This document shows, in pieces, positions 12,101 through 20,429 of a DNA stretch of 64,000 nucleotides (the first letter of the stretch is position 1; each line of letters begins with the position of its first letter). The stretch is from an uncultured virus (IMG/VR IMGVR_UViG_3300009164_000065). Its lineage: Duplodnaviria; Heunggongvirae; Uroviricota; Caudoviricetes. The stretch lies in IMG/VR virus record IMGVR_UViG_3300009164_000065; one strand, given 5' to 3'. Below the pieces are notes generated by a model. The model was not told the DNA's origin and did no database searches. It saw only the letters and a program-made list of their open reading frames with translations. Both the position numbers and the translations under genes were made by a program.

Positions 12101-14699
12101 TAAATGCATAATCAATTGGTAATCCGTTTAACTTTAACTTAATATTTCTTGGATCATTCTTGACATTAATGATTCTGATATAAAATTTCTTCCCAGCTAT
12201 TGATACTGTAAGCAAATTTCCCGAAGTTTCACTGACAGTGAAACCAAAGACACCATTCTGATTGATTGGAACAGTAACGGTTGTACCGTCTTGACTTGTA
12301 ATTGTTGCTTGGGTTGGCTTACTAGAAATGTAAGTTTTAAAAGTTACTGGCTCGCCTAAGGCTGCAATTGCATGATTGTCAACCACCTGTGAATTGTCAT
12401 CAGAATGAGCAACTACTAGATTTCCATCTTTGGTATGTAGTACCCATTCGTATGTAGGCCATGCAGAGTTATCAATTTGAACTTCAGTTTGCCCATTAAC
12501 ATCATGTAGTTGGGTTACCCAACTACGCAGTCTAAACCAGGCTTTACGATAGCCAATACTTAATTCGTCAGCAAGCTGACCTCCTTTAAAACGTCTAAAG
12601 GAATATGGTCCGCGAATGTTTTTAGTACTGCGATTTTCTTCATACGTTGATTGTTTATGCAATGTATGATTATAAACAATATCATACATTGCATTTTTAA
12701 TAGTATTATCCTTGCTTAGTTCTGTAAATTGACTAGGCAAAAATTCTAAATTATAACCGGACTCATTGTCGTACAGATCTCCGTCAGCAACCTTAATAAT
12801 TGTGGTATTAATTACAAGTGGTCTGATTGGGTTTGTACTTAACTTGACCTGGTTTGCATCATATAATTCAAAACGAGGTTGTTGAGTCCAAGTTGAGCGA
12901 AAACTGGCTAACTTTGCTTCTCCATTGAACCAATAAAATTCATTGAGGTAATAGTTGCTTGATGAATACGGAGTATCAACTACTACTGCTCTGCCGTCTG
13001 ACGGATGTTCATAATGAAACAAACTGGTTACATCACCATTATTAAAATAGGTAAGAATCTTGTCTTTGAAATTTCCATCAGCCAACCATAAAATTCTTAG
13101 ATCCTTTAATAGCACACCTTCAATTCTATAATTTATTGTAACAGTATGGCCTGGTGCTGGACTGTGGTCAGCAAGCCATTCAATTCTGTTCCCTTTTACT
13201 TCATATATTACTTTATTTTCTTCGTCTTCAATTTTCTTAAAATCAACAGTAGACACTCTGTTTTTGTCAACTGCAATCTTTAAACGATCCTTGAATTTAA
13301 TCTCAACATAAAGGTCTGGGGCGTACTTTAACTTGTTGATTAAATCTACATACCGTGTGTCAAGTGCCAACGATCGTTCCGTCTTTAACTTAATATTAAC
13401 AATATCAATTGGAGCCACAACATTGCTATCTACCACTAGATTTGGCCAGGCGCAATATGTTACGCCGTTGTTGAATAATTCTAATGTTCTATCAAATTCA
13501 ATAATTGGGCGCGATGCTTTATTATTGTTGTTGGCAATTGCACTAAATTCTAGCCCTAAGAAATCTGCAACCTGTTGTATTACAGTTTTATGGTACCATA
13601 CATTAACTCGGCTGTGTGCATTACGATTCTCAGCACCAACTTGTTCGCACACATAATGCTTTTGATTTATGCCACGAATTGCACCATCCCACTCAACACT
13701 GTCCCACGACACTGCTGTTTCGTCCCAAAGGGTTTGTACTGCCTTACTGTATACTGTATTTGTATATTGATGTGTGCGACCTAATAATTGAATACCACTG
13801 TGAGAACCAACTCCGCTTACTTGCCATCTGCGAAGAGTATTTAAAGCTGGATCATTTAAAAAGAAATTGTTACAAACAACTGTAATTGTGGCGCCGGCTG
13901 CCGGTCCAGTTGTTAACCATTTAATTGTATTTCCAAGAACAATGAAATCTACACCGTTTTGTTTGTTTTCATTGTTAATACTAATGCGAACATTAGTTTT
14001 GTTATATGCTGTTAATTCAACATTCAATGGCTGTTCAACTTCACCAGTGGCAATCATAGTAAAGGTATAATCTCCGTTGATGCCACTGGCCTGGCCTTCT
14101 CGAACTTGAAAAACAATTCTCATTCCATTTTTTAATTCTAATTGTTTTCCATTGGACTGAACTGGTGTTACATAATTACTTTTGCCAATAATATCATTCT
14201 GTATATCAATCAATTCTTCAACTGCACTGATATAAATTACCGGCATCCCTTGTTCAATCCAATAGTAATCTGTCCAATTGACAAATTTATCTGAATCAAT
14301 GGGAAGGTCAAGTACACTAACAGGAACAGGAGTTTCGTTGGAGCGATCATTCAATTCCCATGCGTCAGCAATGTTGTCTGCTGTTAGAGCTTTTGCACCA
14401 TTGTTAGTATAAACTACTAGACCTGCTTCTAATTGTCTACGTGCCGTTGGATGTGGCAAATAATCTTTTACTACAGTTTTACTTGTGTTGCGTCCGACTG
14501 AAAAATTTAAATCTTCCAAGGCGCTTGGTTGGAATAAATCTTCTGCTACTGCACTTAATACTTTTTTATTTGTATCAGTACGAAAGATAGTTGGTAATAA
14601 ACCTGTAACCAATGGAGCAACATATTCTCCATTGGTTTGTCCTGGATATGTTTTAATTCCTGCATCAGAAGGAGTTAGTGATTTTGGGTTCTTTTCCAT
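3159..14699 (-). CDS. Giant baseplate wedge / structural protein (gp7-position) with inserted GxGY repeat region
   Basis: ~3846-aa ORF (likely start MEKNPK at 14699) directly downstream of gp6-like gene; multiple G(S/G)GY..P repeats, CBM-like AW...Y...DVV...G..Y.C motif, C-terminal YLNEVKPYHSK. Confidence 0.7.
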   Translation of the reverse strand: MEKNPKSLTPSDAGIKTYPGQTNGEYVAPLVTGLLPTIFRTDTNKKVLSAVAEDLFQPSALEDLNFSVGRNTSKTVVKDYLPHPTARRQLEAGLVVYTNNGAKALTADNIADAWELNDRSNETPVPVSVLDLPIDSDKFVNWTDYYWIEQGMPVIYISAVEELIDIQNDIIGKSNYVTPVQSNGKQLELKNGMRIVFQVREGQASGINGDYTFTMIATGEVEQPLNVELTAYNKTNVRISINNENKQNGVDFIVLGNTIKWLTTGPAAGATITVVCNNFFLNDPALNTLRRWQVSGVGSHSGIQLLGRTHQYTNTVYSKAVQTLWDETAVSWDSVEWDGAIRGINQKHYVCEQVGAENRNAHSRVNVWYHKTVIQQVADFLGLEFSAIANNNNKASRPIIEFDRTLELFNNGVTYCAWPNLVVDSNVVAPIDIVNIKLKTERSLALDTRYVDLINKLKYAPDLYVEIKFKDRLKIAVDKNRVSTVDFKKIEDEENKVIYEVKGNRIEWLADHSPAPGHTVTINYRIEGVLLKDLRILWLADGNFKDKILTYFNNGDVTSLFHYEHPSDGRAVVVDTPYSSSNYYLNEFYWFNGEAKLASFRSTWTQQPRFELYDANQVKLSTNPIRPLVINTTIIKVADGDLYDNESGYNLEFLPSQFTELSKDNTIKNAMYDIVYNHTLHKQSTYEENRSTKNIRGPYSFRRFKGGQLADELSIGYRKAWFRLRSWVTQLHDVNGQTEVQIDNSAWPTYEWVLHTKDGNLVVAHSDDNSQVVDNHAIAALGEPVTFKTYISSKPTQATITSQDGTTVTVPINQNGVFGFTVSETSGNLLTVSIAGKKFYIRIINVKNDPRNIKLKLNGLPIDYAFNITRNTDLTIDSVRVLLNGIGKLEICHQGINAPAGSSISAIPGFELNPTQDISLGKFTVSRLASSMLANINSNKLFDDQQWIECPQLPAFNGALMVDHSAMRSAWASTRLSPTVQDVATARSVSAWRWYRKFISKIESNNNLLDLQQFGPRRGLDRILEELLLGITFSSADAISGVAFSTNAMRYAGYVAVQNTNYLINTGTDSIYQGAYGTDHVYVYVNDELISASQFSIVNNQIIFNEALTIGDRVDIYYGNALQLLTGIPASPTKLGLAELYVPQIVTESWGDNTSKFIQLHNGSKIALFGNSEEDIRNKIILEFENRIYLGCIFQGNTLNSNYLATTVSPTIANAQIAWYAMNNIDYRDRNDYVSDNAWTWNYNGKSWRAFYIDLFGTDQLHTSPWKALGYADAPSWWELHYSWTNASKRQALIRALQHGIVTEPGTPETTVPEFARSFTTYPVNQFGKLLAPGEWNINFAPTADIARLPWEIGALGPAELAWRRSVAGHWATVMQPLDDYSKISDFVESGVDPFVRTIPTNSPRARGDITFNPSYFAQSRPVTGIGAMLFEAYREFNLPGENPLEELMSIAPRLEFALGGFADSRMSLKMYYAKFQTGSYVPDEDFFMTLNNGVSMEQLRYSAVRLEKDDAGFRVYGYDPSNHWFDVFAPVVDNSINQISSRRSISTSSGDFTEYLNWIPTSIRIPYGTYITNKQDLLTLLLGLGECQKSKGLLLDEINSRGTITDWKQAALDAFTWIDEQWDNNNYCIIGPVTNNGLKIYHATGTLDRLDADLGRTGKILFANGRSALASELLITRDYEKNVDKITPITGEQILFADLAQREYEHVVYVNLVTKFGDLVADLQTNNRLDVLSLNGRRTTKWDGRPHARGVIIQSDGLLPGFDSLSNDVLKSHFPENNAFDTYKSIIARGDVVPVKATVLTELIQDKTQSHLYQQGLQSSAGTNLAINAIFRDVNIDVPGRSQDVVVNEEWLFNTGKFGNIKDQKIWEFEVRKSDVSTNRQIVRLSNGVVDKLSDNIIDINMNDRRWVTKPQDPFNFIKINRATNTTLEQTQSWLPSAGVASIVDVDIQHRNISSVTIDDFKKIDQSNKFENLDSISYYDTLTTRDIFSAQGFSRNKSYNVDDLAWSGGVLFRAKANIPASSTSVIDPDLYEQVDIDSRLLPVIWVTDFAYSLTNKKGRQYRGAWSPGVDYSINDVVYRNGLYYTCTHAHTSLGQFIQSQLDTLTIIDGGEGYTVSDTISFVSDRGTGASARILEIANGKIAAFTVNRSGTNYETKQTYLKVNGQRLEAFNYKINYKNIIEIGANSNGIISKVKPTAPGVSKFTIGNNYTRNNVEITIVGNGTGAVLVPIIEDQIQTGDVSKKGIIQSLTLKNGGLGYSVGDVVRIRNTNNADSPVDAIATVATVASVQSATATAVVQNGSVTNVNVVQPGSGYVTPPTVTIAPPNNQGTITKTVNYSPSVSFEQENKLVGQDIANQLIAWIDGFNTNSFDIDPAVFKNVLYNLEGDETIATKWGNVGVQLWQADTVVNTLIDQANIAMQGHIGSANTYVVDNVPRTLRQVTNGEFTVNGLTYTKSSVARSGLKWSPTTQITAGLRSQLIDNAVQAYIGLGMSNGDNDTTSFYNDPSNIQIVRTEVGHILDLIAHAYTNTAFGATVNLFNYTVKSTVTPRQAVAQAILSANGGSIASYVIVDAGAGYVDSLPPTVTVSGQSSASKAIATLTLTSPGQSYLSGGTYQLSGGTGTGGSVTITSVTEEVTTTKILDNGVITGFTVANGGKNYTSPATIRISRKPTVFFSDSNKQEYRRAFASVLNGRVNEITINPNDQGNVVTPSDIKIQIIGNGLGAIANPIITNGKLTGVEIVSGGSGYTTAPLVRVIDPYWANDVIEISVALETITAVTDTLEVGNIDNITIYPNARNVNFSNTATVEVVDPTGNGNGAQIGVKIANGVISKVTSQFTNDTGGSGYVSSPTVVVSGGSSTNPAILQANIKSFWVLKNSGYGWNILQTFGPIYVEEVCPNALNTGLNESKVTFASPHGLREGEYFVLSGCNDGSYDSVHAVKAVVDDYNVTIAARSSQDAIAYNVVAFKLLPVKFDSTYDYEETKNYYDWKAGMKAYVDKDDNEVLTGIQTYNFKVYEFQDDGTGTLISTLVDNVSQDFIDTQSFYKAQVVDTASQELLATLEIYDPYKGQIIDEVAQYISYKEPIDPAVYNIDDLDQLDSSVIEPWDLRKLGTLWWDISYVRYNEYEQGTLEYRAVNWAKQAVDSEVRIYEWVSSMDVPSFETPGIYLDDSSGVGQPRYCKIDETTPEGATITMYYYWKRNVTSLPTYTARPYTAKAIEDTLNNPDSEGVAWISPIDNDLSSASFLISNIQDYFTGRDSVIIRVEQDTHPEQKHTTGVLVSEGMTGTTIPEYLYIRLRDSLVSYDGYRHAEPIFTWDSTSSYKEGDIISYYDIRTQASIRKVTVPSDYHGLDMPILKTINGTRNSVTQCWHQSDADGQSFSDGQSRYGVFKVLNDIPAGTWSSIRPSLGLIQGALVKDLIEDNRYYLVTEHPRRVPDSRLHPTRRYGNSYVPYPQTWFKDLQRARRTCLEAVNDKLLKIDVVSKPDWDKNLRTYIPLLGRFITKSFESSGVLDSQFYLHYVLKPADTIRVKVNGTIIEQGTGFDLINDSLVIKIPLARGDIIDVHISTNPIIYLDPESNRSTKIWDYADYVVDNYIAGNETIRVTKFDDLVDNPSATIFAIVDDNNITQQVYKINNGKYDLIYRKNGTIQFVDLWYMEGWDTKLWDSSQWDRDYSEMFGIILNALRENIFIGSDIGYFNLTFFDMVRESLSQIPAADWVYKTTYLSVNQSNNNELEEIAVYYDKKDKLIKDYLNEVKPYHSKYIDQGTFTSSMQEIDTSINESIKMRVTDVVYLATEQGSTNRVIDYKRNGNPVTVNVPNRILTESGNLIIIKDEVTEHVLTDEG

Positions 14700-14700
14700 T

Positions 14701-17700
14701 TTAACCTTGTGATATAACAACTGGTGCAACTAGGCTTGTAATAACTTCAACGTCGGCCACAGTAGCACTACTAATAAACAATTCGTCATTGTCGCATTTA
14801 ATTTGAAATAAATCGCTTGATAATAATCCTGATTGTCTTGGTACCAGAACAATACTGCTAATAATACCGCCCAGGTCTTTATGAACCCATGCTGCCAAGT
14901 CAGTGAAGAAGAAAGTTTCTCCAAAATCCCAATTATCTGCCGCAAAATATCGATTAACACTAGCAATTACACGACTGCGAATTTCAGCGTCGCTGATACG
15001 TGTTCCGTCACTTTTTGTAACACGGAACGCGGCGCGATAACGAAGATCGCTTCCACTACCAAATAATACTTTATAATTTACAGGATGATAAACAATACTA
15101 TCGCTTACACTCTTATATTGTTCAATGCCTTGCATTAATTTACCTAATCCATAAGTTGTCAATGGCAATGGACGAAGACCGTCTTTTGCGCCAGCGGCAA
15201 TCCATGCTCTAAACGATTGATTAAATGATGATGTTAATACAAACATGTCAATGATGTTGGTAGTTGACGAGTCAACTCGATTATCACGTAATGGTACATG
15301 ATTATATTGTACCTTTAACTTTTGTCTGCCAGTTACATTAAAATCGCCATTGGTTTCTACTGGAACAATTGTGTATTGACCTGGTGCATCAACAAATTCC
15401 TGACGTTTCATTTTTAAATTTGTATCTAATGTTAAGCCAACCAGAGCAGAAATGACATCTGGATTTTTAGGGACCAGAGTATCTAATAGTCCTGGAAGTA
15501 AAACAGATACTCTTTTTGGGTCGTAACGGCCGTCATCAAGTCTGATATAGTCAGCAACGTCTAACTCGCTTTGCCCAACAATCTGTCCGTCGGCTACTGC
15601 TAAAAATTTAACAGAATCTTTAATCAAACGTTTTGTAGTTTGATCAAGTGCTGTGCCAAAACGCTGATTATGGAAATCTAATTGACCAGCACTGCCAAAT
15701 ACTGTTTGGTCTTTGCGTACTTCTGCTGACCACATACCAGCATTATAATAAAATCGAATCAACCAACCTGCGTCGGCCATTGGTGTAATAGTGTCTGGCT
15801 CAAAATCTTTATTGATATCGATATTGTCAGCTGTAATAACAAACCATCTATCTTTCTTTTGATCGTATTTTAATCCAAAGCTTTGTTGACTATTCAATTG
15901 TGCTGTAATGTCATTGACCTCATTGAGATTAAAAACTGTACGTAAGTTTGGAATCCACTTTTCAGCTGTGGCACCATCTGCAACAATTCCATCTAAAAAC
16001 ACAGCACCAAGTCCATTTGCTCGTAGTCCACTGTTGTTGCCATCGTTATCAGCCAGACCAAATCCTTCTCGATATACATCTAATATTTTAGACCATTTAG
16101 TACCAAAATTGACCAATGAATTTTTACGCAAACTGCGTTGTTCCAATATAACACTACCTTTACCAATTCTAATTGGAGTTTTGTTTACGTCGTCACTTGA
16201 GTAAAAATAGCCATGACTAGAATTTGTTGTATAATCAATATTTTTCCATAATATACTAACTACGCTACTTGCGCTTGTTACTCGAGGATAGGTTTTTGGT
16301 TCACGATTTTTATAATAGAGTTGGTGAGTTCCTCTATTCAATAATAAATTCTCTGCCCAGGTGATAATTCCATTTGTTCCGGCTATTTCACTTATAGAAT
16401 CCTGAAAGGTTGTTTCTGTAGTGTACAAAAATCCGTCATCGGCAAAAGTCAATACAGGACGATATGTACTGGTTGGATCTTGTATGTCTGCGTACATGCT
16501 TTGGCCAGCGTATGTACGATTAATTGTTTGAATTTTATCAACTCCGCCAATTCTTCCTTCAGGAAAAATGTTGTAGTCGCCAGCAGTAATCATACGGTCT
16601 TGACTGGCAGCCGTACGACTGGCACGATTTTTAATTTGATCTATTGACTCGCTGGCAGTACTGCTGACAACATTTATTAAATCAAGTGTGCAGATTAAAT
16701 CCTGCTCTAATCCCTGTCCGTCAACATAACGAATAGAAACTTGCAGTCCCGATACATCATTTGTAGTAAACACTACGCTTTCATTTGCACTTTGACGATA
16801 CCAAATACGAATGTTACCAACAGGAATTTCGGCAAATGTGCCATCGCCGAACTTAATTGAAATTGCATCATTTTCTCTGGTAATTACTTCGTAAATTTTT
16901 CTAGTATCTTTATTAATTGCATTAAACGCAATATTCTTACCAACAGTACTTGGAACCTGAGTCCATGTATCTAAAATTTTACCTTGTCCGTCAATGCTTT
17001 GTACCCATACGTCAGTTTCATTGATGCTACTTCCAGCCAAGTCAATTACACGATTTTCAACTCTTGATGTTAATACATAGTCTTCATATTTTAGATTACC
17101 CTGCTTAAACATAAAGAACCAACCGTTAGATACATTAGCATAACCAGTACCATCATTGTTAAACAATGCAGTCATGTAACCATATGGATTAGGTTCGCTT
17201 TCAACTGCCAAATGAGAATCAGCATCAATCATCATTGGCAATAATTCACAGTCGTAGCTTGTGCTATTTCTAGCACTTAATGTAAATGTTTCAACCATGC
17301 TTCGATTGTCCGGCTGATCAATTTGATATAGTTGACGTACAACACCATTACTAATAATACTGCTGATTGGGCGGCCAACAGGGTTCCCTTTGTTTAATGC
17401 TTCGTTGAGAATAGTTGTGAACTGCTCGGCAAAATCTGGATTCAGTGGGTCTGCCCACACAATGATTTGTCCAGCTAAATTTGCACCCTGACTGTCATAT
17501 AAATTTTGTGTAGTTTTAATTGCAGATACACGTAAGAAGCCGCCAGCGTTGCCGTTACGGAAAGGTTTATATCCCAATTGACGGGCAATACTTAATACGT
17601 TTCCACGAACTCTGGCAGTATCTAAGTATGTTTCACGCAAATTTAAATCACTACGGAATGCTAAATTTTGTCCCATAAATGCCAGCGTGTCAATCAACGC

Positions 17701-17886
17701 AACATATTCACTGCTATTAATAAAGTCATTGAAATCTTCAGGATAGTTTACCTGGACATGATTTAATAATGCAGTACGTAGACTTTCAAAGTCATAGGCT
17801 TTAAAGTCTGGATTAACCAGATAGCGATAGTTGTTTAACCAAGTTTCGGCAGCATATAGTTGCCCAAGTCTGCGAGTTTGACTCAT
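14701..17886 (-). CDS. gp6: Baseplate wedge subunit, T4 gp6-like
   Basis: DFESLR..L...YPEDFNDF...LAF..DL...E.YLDTAR...VLSIARQLGYKP N-terminus; IKFGDG; ESIDQIK...QDRMITAGDY. Confidence 0.85.
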   Translation of the reverse strand: MSQTRRLGQLYAAETWLNNYRYLVNPDFKAYDFESLRTALLNHVQVNYPEDFNDFINSSEYVALIDTLAFMGQNLAFRSDLNLRETYLDTARVRGNVLSIARQLGYKPFRNGNAGGFLRVSAIKTTQNLYDSQGANLAGQIIVWADPLNPDFAEQFTTILNEALNKGNPVGRPISSIISNGVVRQLYQIDQPDNRSMVETFTLSARNSTSYDCELLPMMIDADSHLAVESEPNPYGYMTALFNNDGTGYANVSNGWFFMFKQGNLKYEDYVLTSRVENRVIDLAGSSINETDVWVQSIDGQGKILDTWTQVPSTVGKNIAFNAINKDTRKIYEVITRENDAISIKFGDGTFAEIPVGNIRIWYRQSANESVVFTTNDVSGLQVSIRYVDGQGLEQDLICTLDLINVVSSTASESIDQIKNRASRTAASQDRMITAGDYNIFPEGRIGGVDKIQTINRTYAGQSMYADIQDPTSTYRPVLTFADDGFLYTTETTFQDSISEIAGTNGIITWAENLLLNRGTHQLYYKNREPKTYPRVTSASSVVSILWKNIDYTTNSSHGYFYSSDDVNKTPIRIGKGSVILEQRSLRKNSLVNFGTKWSKILDVYREGFGLADNDGNNSGLRANGLGAVFLDGIVADGATAEKWIPNLRTVFNLNEVNDITAQLNSQQSFGLKYDQKKDRWFVITADNIDINKDFEPDTITPMADAGWLIRFYYNAGMWSAEVRKDQTVFGSAGQLDFHNQRFGTALDQTTKRLIKDSVKFLAVADGQIVGQSELDVADYIRLDDGRYDPKRVSVLLPGLLDTLVPKNPDVISALVGLTLDTNLKMKRQEFVDAPGQYTIVPVETNGDFNVTGRQKLKVQYNHVPLRDNRVDSSTTNIIDMFVLTSSFNQSFRAWIAAGAKDGLRPLPLTTYGLGKLMQGIEQYKSVSDSIVYHPVNYKVLFGSGSDLRYRAAFRVTKSDGTRISDAEIRSRVIASVNRYFAADNWDFGETFFFTDLAAWVHKDLGGIISSIVLVPRQSGLLSSDLFQIKCDNDELFISSATVADVEVITSLVAPVVISQG

Positions 17887-18263
17887 TTTGTTGTTGTTCC
17901 TTTATCGTACGTCAACGGTAATATCACAGTTTCATCCGTGGGCACATACGTAACTATTATCTCAATATTCAATGCATTGGGACCTTCTGAAATTGACACA
18001 CTTGCAAGAGACCATCGTGGGTCATTCTTAATAATATTACGTACATCTTCATCTATTAATCTTATAGTTTTATCATCAAGCGGATCAAACAATAATTCCC
18101 AAACAATACTTCCAAATTCTGGCATCATTACACGTTCGCCGCGTCGTGTGTTAAAATGATTTAATAAGTCTTGGCGAGCAAGGTCTAGGTCGTAACGAGT
18201 AGGGGATAAGAAACTGGTCCCAATTGAACTATATCCTCGAAATCTTGATTTAAAAACTGGCAT
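17883..18263 (-). CDS. gp25: Baseplate wedge / sheath initiator, T4 gp25-like
   Basis: DLLNHFNTRRGERVMMPEFGS...LLFDP...DPR motif of GPW/gp25 family. Confidence 0.9.
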   Translation of the reverse strand: MPVFKSRFRGYSSIGTSFLSPTRYDLDLARQDLLNHFNTRRGERVMMPEFGSIVWELLFDPLDDKTIRLIDEDVRNIIKNDPRWSLASVSISEGPNALNIEIIVTYVPTDETVILPLTYDKGTTTK

Positions 18264-18268
18264 AAACC

Positions 18269-18274
18269 TATTTA
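18269..18274 (-). promoter_or_regulatory. Putative late promoter TAAATA, 5 nt before gp25-like ATG
   Basis: GGTAAATAGGTTTATG on minus strand. Confidence 0.55.
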
Positions 18275-18308
18275 CCAGTTTTTATTATCCTGGGTTTTAT
18301 CAATCGAG

Positions 18309-20423
18309 TCACTCCCCTGGAGAACCGTATTTGTCTTTTAATTGTTGCTCTGTTAGTCGCGAACCCTGAGGTACTTTTCCGGTGTTCAGCCAAGTACTGC
18401 GTTCATACTGTCCAAATTGTCGAGGTGTAGGAGCAGTGTATGCCGCTTCAACTTTGGTTCCTGTTGATGGCCCATTTCCGTCAGCAGTTCTCCAGGCGCC
18501 ATTTTGCGGATTTCTAGCTTTATTATTAATAACAGCATTAGTATCAGATTTTACACCGGCTGTCATACGACTGGCCGCTGATTTATTTGCGTCATCTGGG
18601 TTGCCGCTGCCTGTCATTGCATATCTTGCTTCGCTGTTCCTTTGAGTTGAACTATTTGAATACGATGCATTAGCCCAAATACCTGCAATGTCAGAATTTG
18701 TTGGTTTACCGTCGGGCTGTTTGGCGGCAGCGGCCACAAGCTGTGTTGCCATGCTATTTGCACTTGATGGATTTCCATATGCCGCTATAATCAATGCATC
18801 GACTTGGGCTTGAGTAATACAAACTTTTTTGCCAGTGGATTCTTTTTTCAGCGTACTGATTACTCCCGGAGCAACGTGCCTGTCAACAATTTGTCTGCTG
18901 GCTGTTCTTGCTTCGACTTCACTGGGACCAGCCAGTAGTGCATTCTTAATCTGACTGTCAAGTTTACTAGCAGAGTTTTGTGGACCAAAAATGTCAATTC
19001 GAGTCCCATATCCTATACTGTATCCTTGATAATCACTATATTGCATACCTCGATAAGCTTCACGACTCATCATTTTTTCAAAGCCAGTTTCACTAAGTCT
19101 TGATGCACTAAAATCAGCTACACAATCAATTGCATCTGCTGTTGTAGGTGGCGGAAGGTCTTCGTAGCTTTTTGGGTCAGGTGTAATTTGTGGATTACCT
19201 AAATTATCATCTTGTGCAACTCTGCCAGGAGGAGTTGTAATTTGTTCGCCGCCGGTGCGTGATACATGTCCACCGTACGGTTCTGCTTCTGGAACTCGAC
19301 CTGCAATACTTTTACCAACTGTTGTATTTGTCACCAAGCTGTTTTCTTGTGGCTTATCTGCTATATCCGCAGTTGGACCGTTAAGGTCTATACGTAGTGC
19401 AGTTGCTTTAAATTGGCTGTCTGCATAAACGTTCATATTTTGATTACTGGTCAGCTTCATGCCAGTTGTTCCAGTTGCGTTGAATACTTGGCAAGCTTCC
19501 ATTTGAATGTTATTGGTTGCAACGGCATTTATATTTGCTGCCGCTTCAATGTTAATATTATTTCCAGCATGTAAATTAATACTTTTTTCTGCGGCAAAAC
19601 TAATATCCCCGGCGGCATATATGTCTACGTTACCTTCTTTATCAAGTTGCATCCATGCACTACCATTGGCATTAATAAAGTAGATAAATCCTTCGTCATT
19701 GTCCATTATCATAGTGTTACCACTATTGGTACGTAAACGTATCTGGCCACCATTGCCTTTTTCTCCGTCGTCTAACACAAATTGATGTTGACCAGGTGTT
19801 AAAAAGCCGTATGCCAGGCCAGGATGTTTATCTTTATCTCTAAAAGGACCAGCATTGCTATGGCCGCGGCGCAAATCGTTTTCTAATCCTTGCTTTGATA
19901 GTATGTCACTTAGTAAATGTTCTGGTCTATTTTCTTTTTGTGGATCTTTTGTGTTATATCGGTTTCGTTCAGACAATGGCTTTACTTTTCCGTTGTGTGT
20001 AGACCCGCTTGCCACTGCTGGAATAGAGTGTGTATGCCCGTCATGTGGCAAGCAAGACCACCAAATACCCTGGTGTGATTCGCCGTTGATAAATGCACAA
20101 ATTACATTAACATTTTTATGCGGAGGAACAGCCCAAAAACCATATCCTTGATTTGTTTGTTCATATGCAGTGGCATTATTTGCTTGTGATTCATCGGCTG
20201 TATTACTGGCTCCTGCAAATGGCGGGCAATATCTAACGGTGTACCAACTAGATGCATCGTCTTCTCTAGCTGTACTAAGTTGTGGAATCCATACTCGCAA
20301 CCGGCCAAGGCCTTCAGGATCTGTATTTTCTTTTATCTTGCCAAGGAAGATACCAAAATGCTTGTTACTGTCAGATGTGCTGCCGGTACCTGCTGGACTT
20401 CCTCCTGATGAATTTACTCTCAT
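18309..20423 (-). CDS. gp5: Baseplate central spike gp5-like with C-terminal lysozyme-like domain
   Basis: N-terminal DPEGLGRLRVWIP OB-fold motif, beta-helix-like middle, then LSETG...REAYR...YSD...SIGYGT...TQAQVDAL...AY GH24-like motif. Confidence 0.75.
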   Translation of the reverse strand: MRVNSSGGSPAGTGSTSDSNKHFGIFLGKIKENTDPEGLGRLRVWIPQLSTAREDDASSWYTVRYCPPFAGASNTADESQANNATAYEQTNQGYGFWAVPPHKNVNVICAFINGESHQGIWWSCLPHDGHTHSIPAVASGSTHNGKVKPLSERNRYNTKDPQKENRPEHLLSDILSKQGLENDLRRGHSNAGPFRDKDKHPGLAYGFLTPGQHQFVLDDGEKGNGGQIRLRTNSGNTMIMDNDEGFIYFINANGSAWMQLDKEGNVDIYAAGDISFAAEKSINLHAGNNINIEAAANINAVATNNIQMEACQVFNATGTTGMKLTSNQNMNVYADSQFKATALRIDLNGPTADIADKPQENSLVTNTTVGKSIAGRVPEAEPYGGHVSRTGGEQITTPPGRVAQDDNLGNPQITPDPKSYEDLPPPTTADAIDCVADFSASRLSETGFEKMMSREAYRGMQYSDYQGYSIGYGTRIDIFGPQNSASKLDSQIKNALLAGPSEVEARTASRQIVDRHVAPGVISTLKKESTGKKVCITQAQVDALIIAAYGNPSSANSMATQLVAAAAKQPDGKPTNSDIAGIWANASYSNSSTQRNSEARYAMTGSGNPDDANKSAASRMTAGVKSDTNAVINNKARNPQNGAWRTADGNGPSTGTKVEAAYTAPTPRQFGQYERSTWLNTGKVPQGSRLTEQQLKDKYGSPGE

Positions 20424-20429
20424 TGTAGA

